This document shows, piece after piece, positions 50,796 to 62,646 of a DNA stretch of 64,000 nt. Source of the DNA: Octopus sinensis (lineage: Eukaryota). The notes beneath the pieces were generated by a model that made no database searches, was not told where the DNA came from, and worked only from the letters and a program-made list of their open reading frames with translations. Every line of letters starts with the position of its first letter. Within the stretch, counting starts at the first letter, position 1. A program made the position numbers and the translations under genes. The DNA lies in NCBI RefSeq assembly GCF_006345805.1, contig NC_043007.1, positions 70,804,001 through 70,868,000 on the forward strand. Direction: 5' to 3'.

Positions 50796-51901
50796 ACTAG
50801 GGTCTATTCATTTGACTAAAAATTCTTCAAGGCAGTGCCCCAGCCTAGCTACAGTCTAATGACTGAAATAAGTGAATGATAAAAGAAAAAAATGTGTGTT
50901 CCCATACACACATGATAAATCTCTGCACAGCTTCCACCTACTCAATTGGCCTCACTAAGAATTGGTTAGCATAAGTTACAGCTGAATGCACATGTCCAAG
51001 GGACCATGTAGTACAACCCAACATGGAACTCCATAGTTGAGACAAGGAGACTTTCAATACTACATAGCTATGCCTAAGCTTTGAAATACATAAGTGGCAA
51101 ATGCGATTACATTCATCACTGAAACTGTTAATTGTAATTATTGTATTATTCATGGACTTAGTTATATTCTATGTAATTAAACATCATTATTGTCATTTGG
51201 TATACATTTCTCATTGTTGCTCTTGTTATTTTTCTCAGTTTTTCCTGTAACTTGAGTCAAAATCTGTATTTGGTTTCATTTGCTGCATACAATAAACTGA
51301 ATTAATATTTTCTGGGAAATTTATTAAACTTGGTTTCTTTCCTTTTCATGCTTAATTAACAGTAATTGGTTCCAGTGAAAGGTTTATAAAAGAATGGAAA
51401 TGAAATACTAAAAATAGCTGATTAACAGAAATTAGCATCAAGTTTTCATCTCATAACCGATTTAGTAAGCAACATACATAGAAGATTGCAACGTATTGCA
51501 ATTTTTGTAATGTAGGATTTCAATTGTAACCTTATGCAAGGGGGAATGTTTTTGTTTCAGATTAAGCTATATATTTCTTTTGTATTCCAGCAACAGAAAA
51601 TATTAATTTGTTTCAGTGGTTTTAGTTATTCTCCTTTTCCCTGTAGGCCATGTGGTTGAGACATTAGTTTTCACAACCTTAGGGCTCTAGGTTCAATCCC
51701 GTTGTGTGACACCTTCAGCAACTGGGATATCTCAAAACATGGGATATCCCATCATCGGAGACACATAGGGAAAATGTGAAGGGTATAAATTAAAGTAAGT
51801 TGAACTGTGAGCTTTTGTGCTTCTTTTTTCTTCATTTCTTTTTTCTCCAGCCCTTTATTTCATTGCTTCCTTAATCTATACCCTTCACATTTTCCCTATT
51901 T

Positions 51902-51957
51902 GTCTCTGATAATGGGATATCCCATATTTTAAGATATCCCATAAACAGCTGTAAGAC
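51902..51957 (+). ncRNA. Degenerate minimal type I hammerhead ribozyme motif (Penelope/retrozyme-like)
   Basis: GTCT-CTGATAA-TGGGATATC[loop]GATATCCCA-TAAA-CAGCTG-TA-AGAC. All three stems and the spacing fit, but two core bases differ from CUGANGA and GAAA. Confidence 0.6.
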
Positions 51958-52174
51958 TAAATTTTTCAATAATAATAACGTATATGACTTGAGATATTTG
52001 CCTTAGCATGTGTTGTCCATTTAACAAATACATATCCACTATATCAGAAATCTACAATGGTTCTATAGCTCCCATCTTGTCTATGAGCTTGGAGCCCTGA
52101 TAATATGTTACAGCACTTACCCAGCATACCTAGTTGTTTAGATCACCTGTGAGCAAACCCCTCCATATTATGTA

Positions 52175-52225
<51 letters not shown>

Positions 52226-52365
52226 GATGAATGAATTATCCTTTGTTTACAGTTAACGTGGAAAATTCAATAAACAGTTACCAGGGTAGCAAGATTCACG
52301 CAAGTAACAAAGACGGTAGCGACCTATTCAAAGGTAGAAACTCCGGGTTAATGTGCAGTAATTTG

Positions 52366-52457
52366 TATAGTATAAGTAAATAAACGGAGTTGAACGCAGA
52401 TGTTATTCAAATTTGAATAACATCTGCATTCAACTCCGTTTATTTACTTACACTATA
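52366..52457. repeat. 92-bp spacer-less palindrome (46-bp arms, 2 mismatches)
   Basis: Centre TTCAAA|TTTGAA at 52411/52412. Confidence 0.95.
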
Positions 52458-52499
52458 TATATATATAGTATATATTTACTTATACTATATATATATATA

Positions 52500-52702
52500 T
52501 ATGAGGAGCTGCTAAAAAGTTTCTGGCTTTAAGGGTATAGTGAAACGCCTAGTTGGAGGCCCAACCTTCTGAGTTCTTTTACAGGGCTTAGAAAAACCGA
52601 AGGACTGCTGCAATTAATGTGTGAATCTGAGAGCTGGATATATTGGATAAAATCATAATAGACTGATCCCCAAAACCAGGGACTTTTTAGTACCTCCTCA
52701 TA
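52500..52702. mobile_element. Mariner-type MITE of about 200 bp with TA TSD
   Basis: TATGAGGAGCTGCTAAAAAGTTTCTGGCTTT versus the reverse complement of AAAACCAGGGACTTTTTAGTACCTCCTCATA. Confidence 0.85.
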
Positions 52703-52743
52703 TACATGCACACACAAATAAATATATAATGTGTGTGTATGTG

Positions 52744-52775
<32 letters not shown>

Positions 52776-52846
52776 TGTATGTATTATGTATGTATGTATG
52801 TATATATATATATAATATATATATAGATATATATATATATATAGAT

Positions 52847-52881
<35 letters not shown>

Positions 52882-52887
52882 TGCCAT

Positions 52888-54447
52888 TAAGTGTTATACC
52901 AAAAGTAATGCCAAAGTGGACTTTATCATTAACTGACATTGGTCATTCAAACTGCACATGTTGATAGAGTAACTCTTTCTCCATACAAAGATTACTATGC
53001 AACATAGACTTTACCCTAAAGGATGTATTTGCTCTATCATCATTGAATCCAATTCTAGAATCTTTTTTGAATAAATTCAGGTGTGCACTGTTATACCCAT
53101 TTTTTTTCACAGAACAAATCATTGTTCCTGAAGACTGTCCTTTATTGGACTGAACAAGCAGAAGTCAGATGACACCAGATCAGGATGTACGGTGGATGGC
53201 AAGGACCACTGACCAGTCCAATGTGCTGAATGCCTGATTTGTAACTAAAGACGTATGTTGTTATAAATATGGGTTGTTTCCAGATTCTTGTTTGATCCCT
53301 TTCTGTTAATGGCTTCTCTAAGCTTTTTAAGTGTCTCAGTATACCACATACTGTTCATGCTATGGCTACATTCCGGAAAATCAAGGAGAATGATGCTTTT
53401 GTCATTCCATAAAATTACCTCCTTGACTTTCTGTGCAGATCCCTGCCCCTTAAACTTCTTAGGCCTTGAAAATGGGGTGTGGTGCCATTCTAGGGCCTGA
53501 GCCTTCCCTGTCAACTGATCAGAAATAAACTTGTCTTCATTGGTTTCAAATGCTTTCAGCAAATTAGAACAAGCTTCCACCCTCCTCTCCTTCAAATCGG
53601 GTATCAACTGCTGAGGTACCAGCTTTGCACACATTTGCCAATACTTAAACGTTTTCACTGTCTTCTGTAATGCATTGTAACCTCAGTTAAGTGATGCATC
53701 AAGCTCATGAATTGTGAGTTATACATCTACAGGGACCAGTTTATTTACATGCTGGCAATTCATGTTAGAGGAGGCACAATGGCCCAGTGGCTAGGGCAGC
53801 AGACTTGCGGTCAGAAGATCGCGGTTTCGATTCCCAGACTGGGCATTGTGTGTGTTTATTGAGCGAAAACACCTAAAGCTCCACGAGACTCCGGCAGGGG
53901 GTGGTGGTGGCGACCCCTGTTGTACTCTTTCGCCACAATTTTCTCTCACTCTTTCTTCCTGTTTTTTGGGTAACGCTGTTATGGACTGGCGTCCCGTCCA
54001 GCTGGAGGGAACACATCGCCACAGAAACTGAGAAACCGGGCCCATGAGCCTGACTAGGTTTGAAAAGGGCGCATAGAAAAAAAAGTAATAAATAATTCAA
54101 TGTTAGTGATTGTAAAGTTCATGGTCTCCAACTGCATGGTTTGTCTTCATTGCTGGTTTCTCCTTATGTAATCCTCATCCATCTGTGCACATCTCTCTTG
54201 TTGATACTGTTATCTCTCTAAACAATCTTTTCTGTTGATGTTAGACAACCTGCACCCCTCCTTCATTAAAAACTCAATGACAACACATTACTTCTGTTTC
54301 AAACTTATTATTTGCCTGCAATGAAGAGGAAAATAAGGAAGAGTTACTATGAAGGACGAGTTATTATACCAACCTGTGCTATTTGAACAACCTACATCAG
54401 TTAATAAACTTATGCCCACATTTGCATTCCTTTTGATACAACCTTTA
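52888..54447 (-). mobile_element. Decayed mariner transposon interrupted by SINE C (53771-54090, plus)
   Basis: TIR-like ends GTTATACCAAAAGTAATGC / GCATTCCTTTTGATACAAC. ORF 53245-53658 gives CAKLVPQQL..ERRVEAC..EWHH..RPKKFK..SAQKVKEVILWNDKSIILLDF..YTETLKKLREAI. Confidence 0.88.
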
Positions 54448-54476
54448 TTTGTAGATGTCTTTTGTCAATGTTTATA

Positions 54477-54647
54477 GGCGCAGGAGTGGCTGTGTGGTAA
54501 GTAGCTTGCTTACTAACCACATGGTTCTGGGTTCAGTCCCACTGCATGGCAACTTGGGCAAGTGTCTTTTACTATAGCCTCAGGCCGACCAAAGCCTTGT
54601 GAGTGGATTTGGTAGATGGAAACTGAAAGAAGCCTGTCGTATATATG

Positions 54648-54679
<32 letters not shown>

Positions 54680-54905
54680 AGTTTGTATGTCTGTGTTTGT
54701 CTCCCCAACATCGCTTGACAGCCGATGCTGGTGTGCTTACGTTCCCGTAACTTAGCGGTTCGGCAAAAAGAGACCGATAAAATAAATACTAGGCTTACTA
54801 AGAATAAGTCCTGGGGTCGATTTGCTTGGTTAAAGGCGGTGCTCCAGCATGGTCAAAGTCAAATGACTGGAACAAGTAAACAAGTAAAAAGACTAAAGGA
54901 GTAAA
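54477..54905 (+). mobile_element. SINE family A
   Basis: Full-length copy starting GGCGCAGGAGTGGCTGTGTGG. Confidence 0.94.
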
Positions 54906-55332
54906 TGCCTCAAAAACCATCGAGAAAACTGTAAAACTGGTGTTTTAGAATGAAAGTCTCTGGAGATACATCTAGTGCATAGACCCTCCTTAATCACTGA
55001 CTGTGAGAAGTGGAGTGAATCAGTGAATGGTCCCTGGGAAGCCTGTAACGAACAACACTGCTGCTATTGTTGTTGGCCACAAAATAAAATGTTGTCAATC
55101 AGCTGCTCCTCATTTATAATATATTGGCAATTTAACTAATTTGATATTCTGTTTTGATGTCCGTGAGAGTCATCAAGCATTTGTTATTAGATTTGCTGTT
55201 TTCCCTGTTGGCGTTGAGTTTAGGAAGATAATGAAGTCAAGTCTTTTGCTTCATCTGCTTGGACGCAACACAGAATATTTCTGTTTGATTAATGATAAGT
55301 AATTGGTAATAGAGAGAGAGAGAGAGAGAGTT

Positions 55333-55363
<31 letters not shown>

Positions 55364-56503
55364 TGTGTGTGTGTGTGTGTGTGCATGAATGCGTTTTATG
55401 ATAGAGATATCTCAAGTTAGAAACTCAAGATGAGAACTGAGTCGCTATGGCATTACTGCTCATTGACAGAGTTCGTACTATATAACTAATTTCTCAGTTT
55501 ATGGCAGAAATGAAGGACAAAAAAATAAAAGAAGGAAAAATATTATCTACTGATAATTTTCATTGATAAAAACATACAAGTAGAAAACCTGCCAAGAATA
55601 ATTTTATAAGCCTTGCTGAAATTTCAAATAAAACTGTAATTGCCAATTTTCCTGGGTCTGTAATTGAGCATTTGGTGCCTATTTTTGAAATTGTTGTTTA
55701 TGTTTATGAATTATGATAGAGCCTACTCAATCCTTTATCAAACAAAGGAATCTCCCTGGACCCTATTATCATCTCTATTTTGTTCTTATCTAAAACCGCT
55801 TAAACTCTACCTCATTCCTACACATTTGCTGATGACTCAACTGCCCATTCACAACTGTTTTACATCTCGGATGCTTAAATGTCGAGACGAAAGAGAGAGA
55901 AGATGTCAGTGTTTCATCAACGATTGCTCTATGCTATGGCTGACTCTAACTTCTCCATTTGTTATTGATTCCAGTTTCCAGTGGGAATCGTTCCTGTTGC
56001 TGTTTATCTTTTTATCTTTCATTGCCAAGGAGTGGATTAGTGCAGGACTGAAGGAATGTTCTCAGTCATATCTAATTGTCATTTCATTCAATACATGATA
56101 TTTATTTATATTTCAGACAATATGCTTTTTATTGCTATGTCTCTAGTGGCTGATTATCTTGATCTCTTGACTCCTCGGTTTACTATTTAAAAGGTCTTTG
56201 TTTAAACTGCATTAGATTTTAAATGTGAGAGTGATGGCCAACTGGAATGAGTGGTGGACTTATGACAAGGATATTTAATTTTCAGATGGTTTTGTCCATC
56301 TTTCTGTAAATAGATATCACAGGATAGTCACTAACCTAATCAATGACAGTACTGCAATACTGGGAATTGATTTTCTGTTTTATTCACTGTGGGCCTAGTG
56401 AAGGTAAGATCAAACAACTCTTGTGACTGAGGGAAAATGCCCCAAGGCAGTGTTCTACTTATCAAATTACAAAAATAGTACAAATCTCATGAATATTTTA
56501 GAG

Positions 56504-56702
56504 CAGTGGTTCCCAAACTATGAGTCGCAACCCACAGATGGGTTGCAAACGGAATCTTAGTGGGTCGCAAAAAGTTATAAAATTATGCATTAGCTTTGAT
56601 GAACTGCTGTCTATCGAGATAGTTCAAGTAGAGTTAAGTGGGTTGTCATAAACTGGTGTGATAAATAGTGGGTCGCGACTCTAAAAAGTTTGGGAACCAC
56701 TG
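56504..56702. mobile_element. hAT-like MITE with perfect TIR and 8-bp TSD
   Basis: CAGTGGTTCCCAAACT / AGTTTGGGAACCACTG; TTTTAGAG on both sides; GGGTCGC subterminal repeats. Confidence 0.96.
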
Positions 56703-57025
56703 TTTTAGAGAGAGTTGAAAAACTTTGATTGACTGATGCTATCCAAGTAGTTATTAGTTAAATGTGAGTCTCCTTTATGCGTTTCTAGTCATGTATCCAT
56801 GTATCCCAGTTAATCCTCTCATTCTTGGAAACAGGGGTGGAATCAAGAATAAACCACTAGCAGGAAATAATTTCTCAAAGTTCTATCATATTTTTAGAAT
56901 CAGCATCACTAGTTTTTTCTTCCTTCACTCTCCCTTTGACAGTCTTTCTATACATACATACACACACACATGCATTATATATGTATGTGTGTGTATACAC
57001 ACACACACACATGTACACATATAAG

Positions 57026-57408
57026 CTTGTTTCAGTCATTTGACTGTGGCTGTGCTGGAGCACCGGCTTTAGTTGAGCGAATCAACCCCAGGACTATTCT
57101 TTGTACACCCAGTACTTATTCTATCGGTCTCTTTTGTTGAACCGCTAAGTTATGGGGACATAAGCAAGCACACCAGCCCCGGTTGTCACATACATATACA
57201 CACGCATACATATATATATATATACACACACACACATATGTACGACGGATTTCTTTCAATTTTCCGTCTACAAAATCCACTCAGAAGGCTTTGGTCGGCC
57301 CAATGCTATAATAGAAGACTCTTGCCCAAGGTGCCACGCCATGGGACTGGACCTGGAACCATGTGGTTGATAAGCAAGCTACTTATCACACACCCACTCC
57401 TATGCCTA
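57026..57408 (-). mobile_element. SINE family A
   Basis: Near full-length copy. Confidence 0.9.
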
Positions 57409-57514
57409 TGGTATTTTTTCTGGCTTTTTATGTTCAATTCTAACCAAGATCAACTTAGCCTTTCATTCTTTCCGAGTCGATAAAGTAAAATACCAGTCAA
57501 GTACATGGGTTGAT

Positions 57515-58024
57515 CAGTGGCATATGGTGGTGGTTGTACTAGGTGTGCTGCCATACGCAATGCCACCAAATTTCATGCAGAGGTATAACAAAAGTTTTCC
57601 ATTAAGATTTGTGATTAAATTAACGTCTGCTTTCCATGTTAGCATGGGTTGGATGATTTGACTGAGGGCTGGTGAACCAGATGGCTGCACCAGGTTCCAA
57701 TCTTGATCTGGCAGAGTTTCTACAGCTGGATGCCCTTCCTAACGCCAACCACTCTGAGAGTGTAGTGGGTGACTTTACATGCCACTGGCACAGGGGCCAG
57801 TCAGGCAGTACTGGCAATGACTTCACTCGAATGTTTTTTCACGTGCCACTGGCACTTGTGCCAGTGAGGCAACACTGGTAACGATCACGCTTGAATGGTG
57901 CCTTTTACGTGCCATCGGCACAGAAACCAGTTAGCCACTCTGGCAACGATCACGCTTAGATGGTGCTTATAATTTACAATAGGTGTGCAGTGCACACCTA
58001 GCACACCCAGAATATATGCCCTTG
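57515..58024. mobile_element. DNA-type MITE inserted in a SINE B and containing SINE E (57620-57968, minus)
   Basis: CAGTGGCATAT / ATATGCCCTTG ends; GGTTGAT is repeated on both flanks; the host SINE B core is split at this point. Confidence 0.7.
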
Positions 58025-58724
58025 TGGTTGATGTAATTGACTTGTTACCCTCCCTTCAAAATTGCTGGCTTTGAGTCCAGCAACAGACTCGTGCCCCCTT
58101 TAGACAAATGTTTTGATCCCAATCATTTATACACCATGCAAACTGGGCAACTGTTCTTAGGGTTCAAGAAAAAAAAATTACAAACATGAGAGCCTACCAT
58201 ATTTGTATTACAGTATACTCCCCTCAGGTCTTTTCTCTCAGCTGTTAGAATTGAACTACTGACTTCATGATTCACACTTTGCTTCTATTGTGTTGCGACC
58301 CAAGGCAAAGTACATACATAACATATGAGCTTATTTCAGTGAGCTCATAATGTGAGTTTACTTTAGTGAAGACGGAGTTTTCCTCCCACTTCATAGTTGA
58401 GCGGTTAATGTTGATGATGAAGATGATGATGAGGATGATGAGGAGGAGGAGGAAGAGGAAATGTATTTTCAGTTGCAAAATAAGAGTGACAATCAACAAA
58501 AAACCCCTGTCCCACACCGTTCCACATATAAGCAGGCTGGGAAGTTGAATATAAAACAGCCTGCTGTATGTTTTTTCCATATGGTAATCTGGTTTCCAGG
58601 AATATGATGATTAAGGTAGACACAAGACCACAAAGAGAGAGGCAGGGAATCAACTTGAGTGAATGACTAACATATATTTTATCAAGTGTCAGATAGGATT
58701 TCACACTCAAACATAAAGCAATTC

Positions 58725-58725
<1 letters not shown>

Positions 58726-58771
<46 letters not shown>

Positions 58772-59275
58772 TGATAATAATAACAATCCTTTCTACTATA
58801 GGCACAAGGGCTGGATTTTGTGCGGAGGGGGATAGGGGATAGTCGATCACATTAACCTCAGTACTCAACTGGTACTTAATTTATTGACCCCGAAAAGATG
58901 AAAGGCAAAGTTGACCTTGGCGGAATTTGAACTCAGAATGTAGCAAGAGATGAAATGCTGCTGAGCATTTTGCCCAGCATGCAAACAGTTCTGCCAGGTC
59001 ACTGCCTTAATAATAATGATGATGGTGGTGGTGGCAGCGGCTGCGGTGGTGGTGGTGGTGGTGGTTTTCAAATTTTTCTACAAAAGCAGCTATTTGTGGG
59101 GGAATGAGTCGATTACATTGACCTCCAGTGTTTCACTGGTACTTAATTTATCGAGCCCGAAAGGATGAAAGGCAAAGTTGACCTTGATGGAATTTGAGTT
59201 CATAACGTAAAGACAAGCGAGATACTGCTAAGCTTTTCACCCAGTGTACTGATAATTCTACCAGCTTGCTGCCTA
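58726..59275 (-). mobile_element. (TAA)n tract followed by two SINE family B copies (58787-59008, 59065-59275)
   Basis: Family cores present. Confidence 0.87.
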
Positions 59276-59286
59276 AATAATAATAT

Positions 59287-59830
59287 GTGTTGATTCTCTG
59301 GGACTTCCCTGTACATAGCGATAAAACTATAAAAGCTAATAAACTGGATATTATTATAAAAGATCAGACAAAAAAGGTGTATTTATTAATTGACATGAGT
59401 ATTTCTTGCGATCACAATATAGCGGCGAAAGAATTTGACAAGATCAGTGAATATAAAGACTTGCTAATAGAAATTGAAAAAATGTGGCATCTCAAGGTGG
59501 CTACAGTACCAGTGATTATAGGATCTCTAGGAATGATAAAAAGAAAAAAGGTACTGAAACCTATTTGAAAATGATACCAGGCTTACCATCCCTACAGGAA
59601 GTGCAAAAAATCATGTTAACTGGAACGGCTCATATACTGAGAAGAGCATTATCGCTGTGAAAACAACATCCATTCATGAATTTATTTATTTATTCATTTT
59701 TTCAAATATATATTTTACCTGTGAATTTGCATGTGTAATCTGGGAATGTATACAATGAGCTTCTCTGCTCTAGGTGTACGGAAAACACTTGGCGAGAAAT
59801 GGAAGAAAATTTGAAGAAAGAAGAAAAACT
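59287..59830 (+). mobile_element. 5'-truncated R4/Dong-type non-LTR retrotransposon: restriction-like endonuclease domain plus 3' UTR
   Basis: ILWDFPVHSDKTIKANKLDIII..LLIDMSI..NIAAKEFDKISEYKDL..MW..VPVIIGSLG. After one frameshift it continues IPGLPSLQEVQKIMLTGTAHILRRALSL to a stop at 59660. TAA-like repeats flank it. Confidence 0.9.
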
Positions 59831-59849
59831 AATAAGAATAACAATAACA

Positions 59850-60060
59850 ATGGTTTCAAATTTTGGCACAAGGCTGGCAATTTCGGGGGAGTGGGTGAAT
59901 TCATTACATTGGCCCCAGTGATCAGCTGGTACTTAATTTATCGACCCTGAGACGATTAACGGCAAAATTGACCTCAGTGGAATTTGAACTCAGGACATAA
60001 TGACAGATGAAATGCTGCTAAGCATTTTGCCTGACATCCTAACAATTCTGCCAGCTCCTC
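59850..60060 (-). mobile_element. SINE family B
   Basis: Family core present. Confidence 0.82.
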
Positions 60061-60158
60061 AATTGTTTCTTATGCAGGCAGAAAGCCAATTATTTTTGAT
60101 GGGAGGGTGTCAGCTGATTAAATTTACCCCAATATTTCCTTCATGCTTTATTTTATCA

Positions 60159-60618
60159 GGTGTGGCTGTGTGGTAAGAAGCTTTCTTCCCAACCACATGG
60201 TTCTGGGTTCAGTCCCACTACATGGCACCTTGGGTAAGTGTCTTCTACTACAGCCTTGGGCTGACCAAAGCCTTGTGAGTGGATTTGGTAGACAGAAACT
60301 GAAAGAAGCCTCACGTATATATATATAATATATATACACACACACATATGTGTGTGTATATATATATATGTATATATTTATGTGTGTGTCTTAGTGTCTG
60401 TGTTTGTTCCCTTTCCACCATCCTGTGACAGCTGATGTTAGCATGTCTACTTTGTCGTTACTTAGCAGTTCGGCAAAAGAGACCGATAGAGTAAGTACTA
60501 GGCTTACAAAGAATAAATCCTGGGGTCGATTTCTTTAACTAAAAAAAACCCCCTTAAGGCAGTACTCCAGCATGACCACAGTCAAATGACTGAAACAAGT
60601 AAAAGAATATAAGAATAG
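60159..60618 (+). mobile_element. SINE family A
   Basis: Full-length copy. Confidence 0.9.
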
Positions 60619-60786
60619 AAGGAGGAATATCAAAGTCGACCCTTTGCAAGTTTTGAGCTCAGATCGTAAACAGCCTTAACCAGATTCTACGAGGCACATT
60701 GCCCAACATTCAAATGATTCTGCTAGCTTTGTAGAATTAAATCACAAGTTGAATGTTATAAAGAAATAAGTAACACAGACATAATA

Positions 60787-61099
60787 TTGTTGTTGTAGTT
60801 TGTTCCTTCTCGAGTCACACCTGGCTCATAAGGGCTGGTTCCCGGGTTTCCTTGGCATATAGGTTCCCCACCTGGACAAGACACCGGTCCATCACAGGTG
60901 AGCTGCAAGATGCAGGAGGAAAGAGTGAGAGAAAGTTGTGGGGAAAGAGTCAGCAGGAGTTCGCCATTTACCTTCTGCCGGAGATGCATGGACCTTAGGT
61001 GTTTCGCTCATAAACATACACATCGCCCAGTTTGAGATTCAAACCCGCGATCCCTTGACCATGAGTCTGCTGCTCTAACCACTAGGCCATGTACCTCCA
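60787..61099 (-). mobile_element. SINE family C with TSD GACATAATAT
   Basis: Reverse tRNA head (CTAACCACTAGGCCAT..CCTCC) and a direct repeat on both flanks. Confidence 0.9.
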
Positions 61100-61338
61100 C
61101 TCTGACATAATATAACTGCGATTTATTAGTTCTACTTTCTTTGTTTCTTCACAAATAATGCAAACTTTTATTTCGAGACATTTTGCTTCTACAAAGAATT
61201 TTTAGATGACATTTATTTTGTGATGTCAGAAAAATATAAATATATAATGCACTGTAACTTAAAAAAATATAGACTTAATAAAGTAAAAGCAGAAGTACCA
61301 TGTTGGCCCCTGAACTGCTTTTCTAACTTCTTTCAGCT

Positions 61339-61339
<1 letters not shown>

Positions 61340-61388
<49 letters not shown>

Positions 61389-61450
61389 AGCTACTCATAT
61401 ATAGTTCTATTACTCTAGTTTGTTCTACCAAATCTGTCTATCTCTCTCTC

Positions 61451-61483
<33 letters not shown>

Positions 61484-61752
61484 CTCCCTCTCTCTCTCTA
61501 TCTATTTGTGTGTGTGTGTGTGTGTGAATCTGTCTGTCTGTCATAACGCACTATGAAAAATACAAGACAGAAAAAATAATACTGTAGTAAAAAATTGCAC
61601 ACACGCACACTCATACACATGTACACATATGTATATGCATATATACATACACACACACACCACACACACACACATACATAATATGTGTGTGTGTGTGTAT
61701 ATATCACATATTAAATGATGATGATGATGATATATATATATTATATCAATAT

Positions 61753-61808
<56 letters not shown>

Positions 61809-61850
61809 ATATATATATATATATGTGTGTGTGTGTGTATATATATGGTA
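61340..61850. repeat. (CA)n, (CT)n, (GT)n and (TA)n microsatellite block
   Basis: Seen directly. Confidence 0.95.
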
Positions 61851-62254
61851 CAATAAAGTATATATCTTATCTAATTATCTGTGTAAAAGAAGATAAGAGC
61901 TGTTTATTAAGTAAAGGATGAGATATCTCTTTGTTAACCTTCAGCCCAGCATGAAACCATGAAATTAATTAAGACTTGTCAAAACCCTTTATGGCTTCTT
62001 GCATGATTCATTTTTTTTTTTATGAATGGTTCCTAAACATTTTACACATTTTTTTATCTTGAAAATTCATTATCTACAGCAATTTTAAGAATATTTTAAG
62101 GTAGATTATTACTATATAGATTATTTATTCTATTTCATAAAATCTCCAAAAATACTTGAAATGTTTGTGTTAATTTCTGTTTTTAGAACTTCCTTCGACT
62201 TAATCTCTTTTGTCTATCTCAAAATTAACATTTTTATTTAAATTTTTCCAAACA

Positions 62255-62644
62255 GGCATAGTGGCTGTGTGGTAAGTAGCTTGCTTACCAACCATATGGT
62301 TCCGGGTTCAGTCCCACTGCGTGGCACCTTTGGCAAATGTCTTCTACTATAGCCTCAGACCAACTAAAGCCTTGTGAGTGGATTTGTTAGACGGAAACTG
62401 AAAGAAGCCCATCGTATATATGTATGTCTGTGTGTATATGTTTGTGTGTCTGTGTTTGTCTCCCCAACATCACTTGACAACCGATGCTGGTGTGTTTACA
62501 TTCCTGTAACTTAGCAGTTCGGCAAAAAAAGATCGATAGAATAAGTACTAGGCTTGCAAAGAATAAGTCTTGGGGTCAATTTGCTCGACTAAAGGTGGTG
62601 CTCCAGCATGGCCACAGTCAAATGACTAAAATTAGTAAAAGAGT
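62255..62644 (+). mobile_element. SINE family A
   Basis: Full-length copy. Confidence 0.92.
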
Positions 62645-62646
62645 AT

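Noticed and set aside
55664-56098. 144-aa ORF in unique sequence
   Set aside because: It has a non-ATG start, a composition typical of AT-rich non-coding DNA, no recognisable domain and no bounding splice sites.
58525-58570. Small hairpin AGCAGGCTG..CAGCCTGCT as a pre-miRNA
   Set aside because: The stem is only about 9-13 bp and I recognise no mature miRNA in it.
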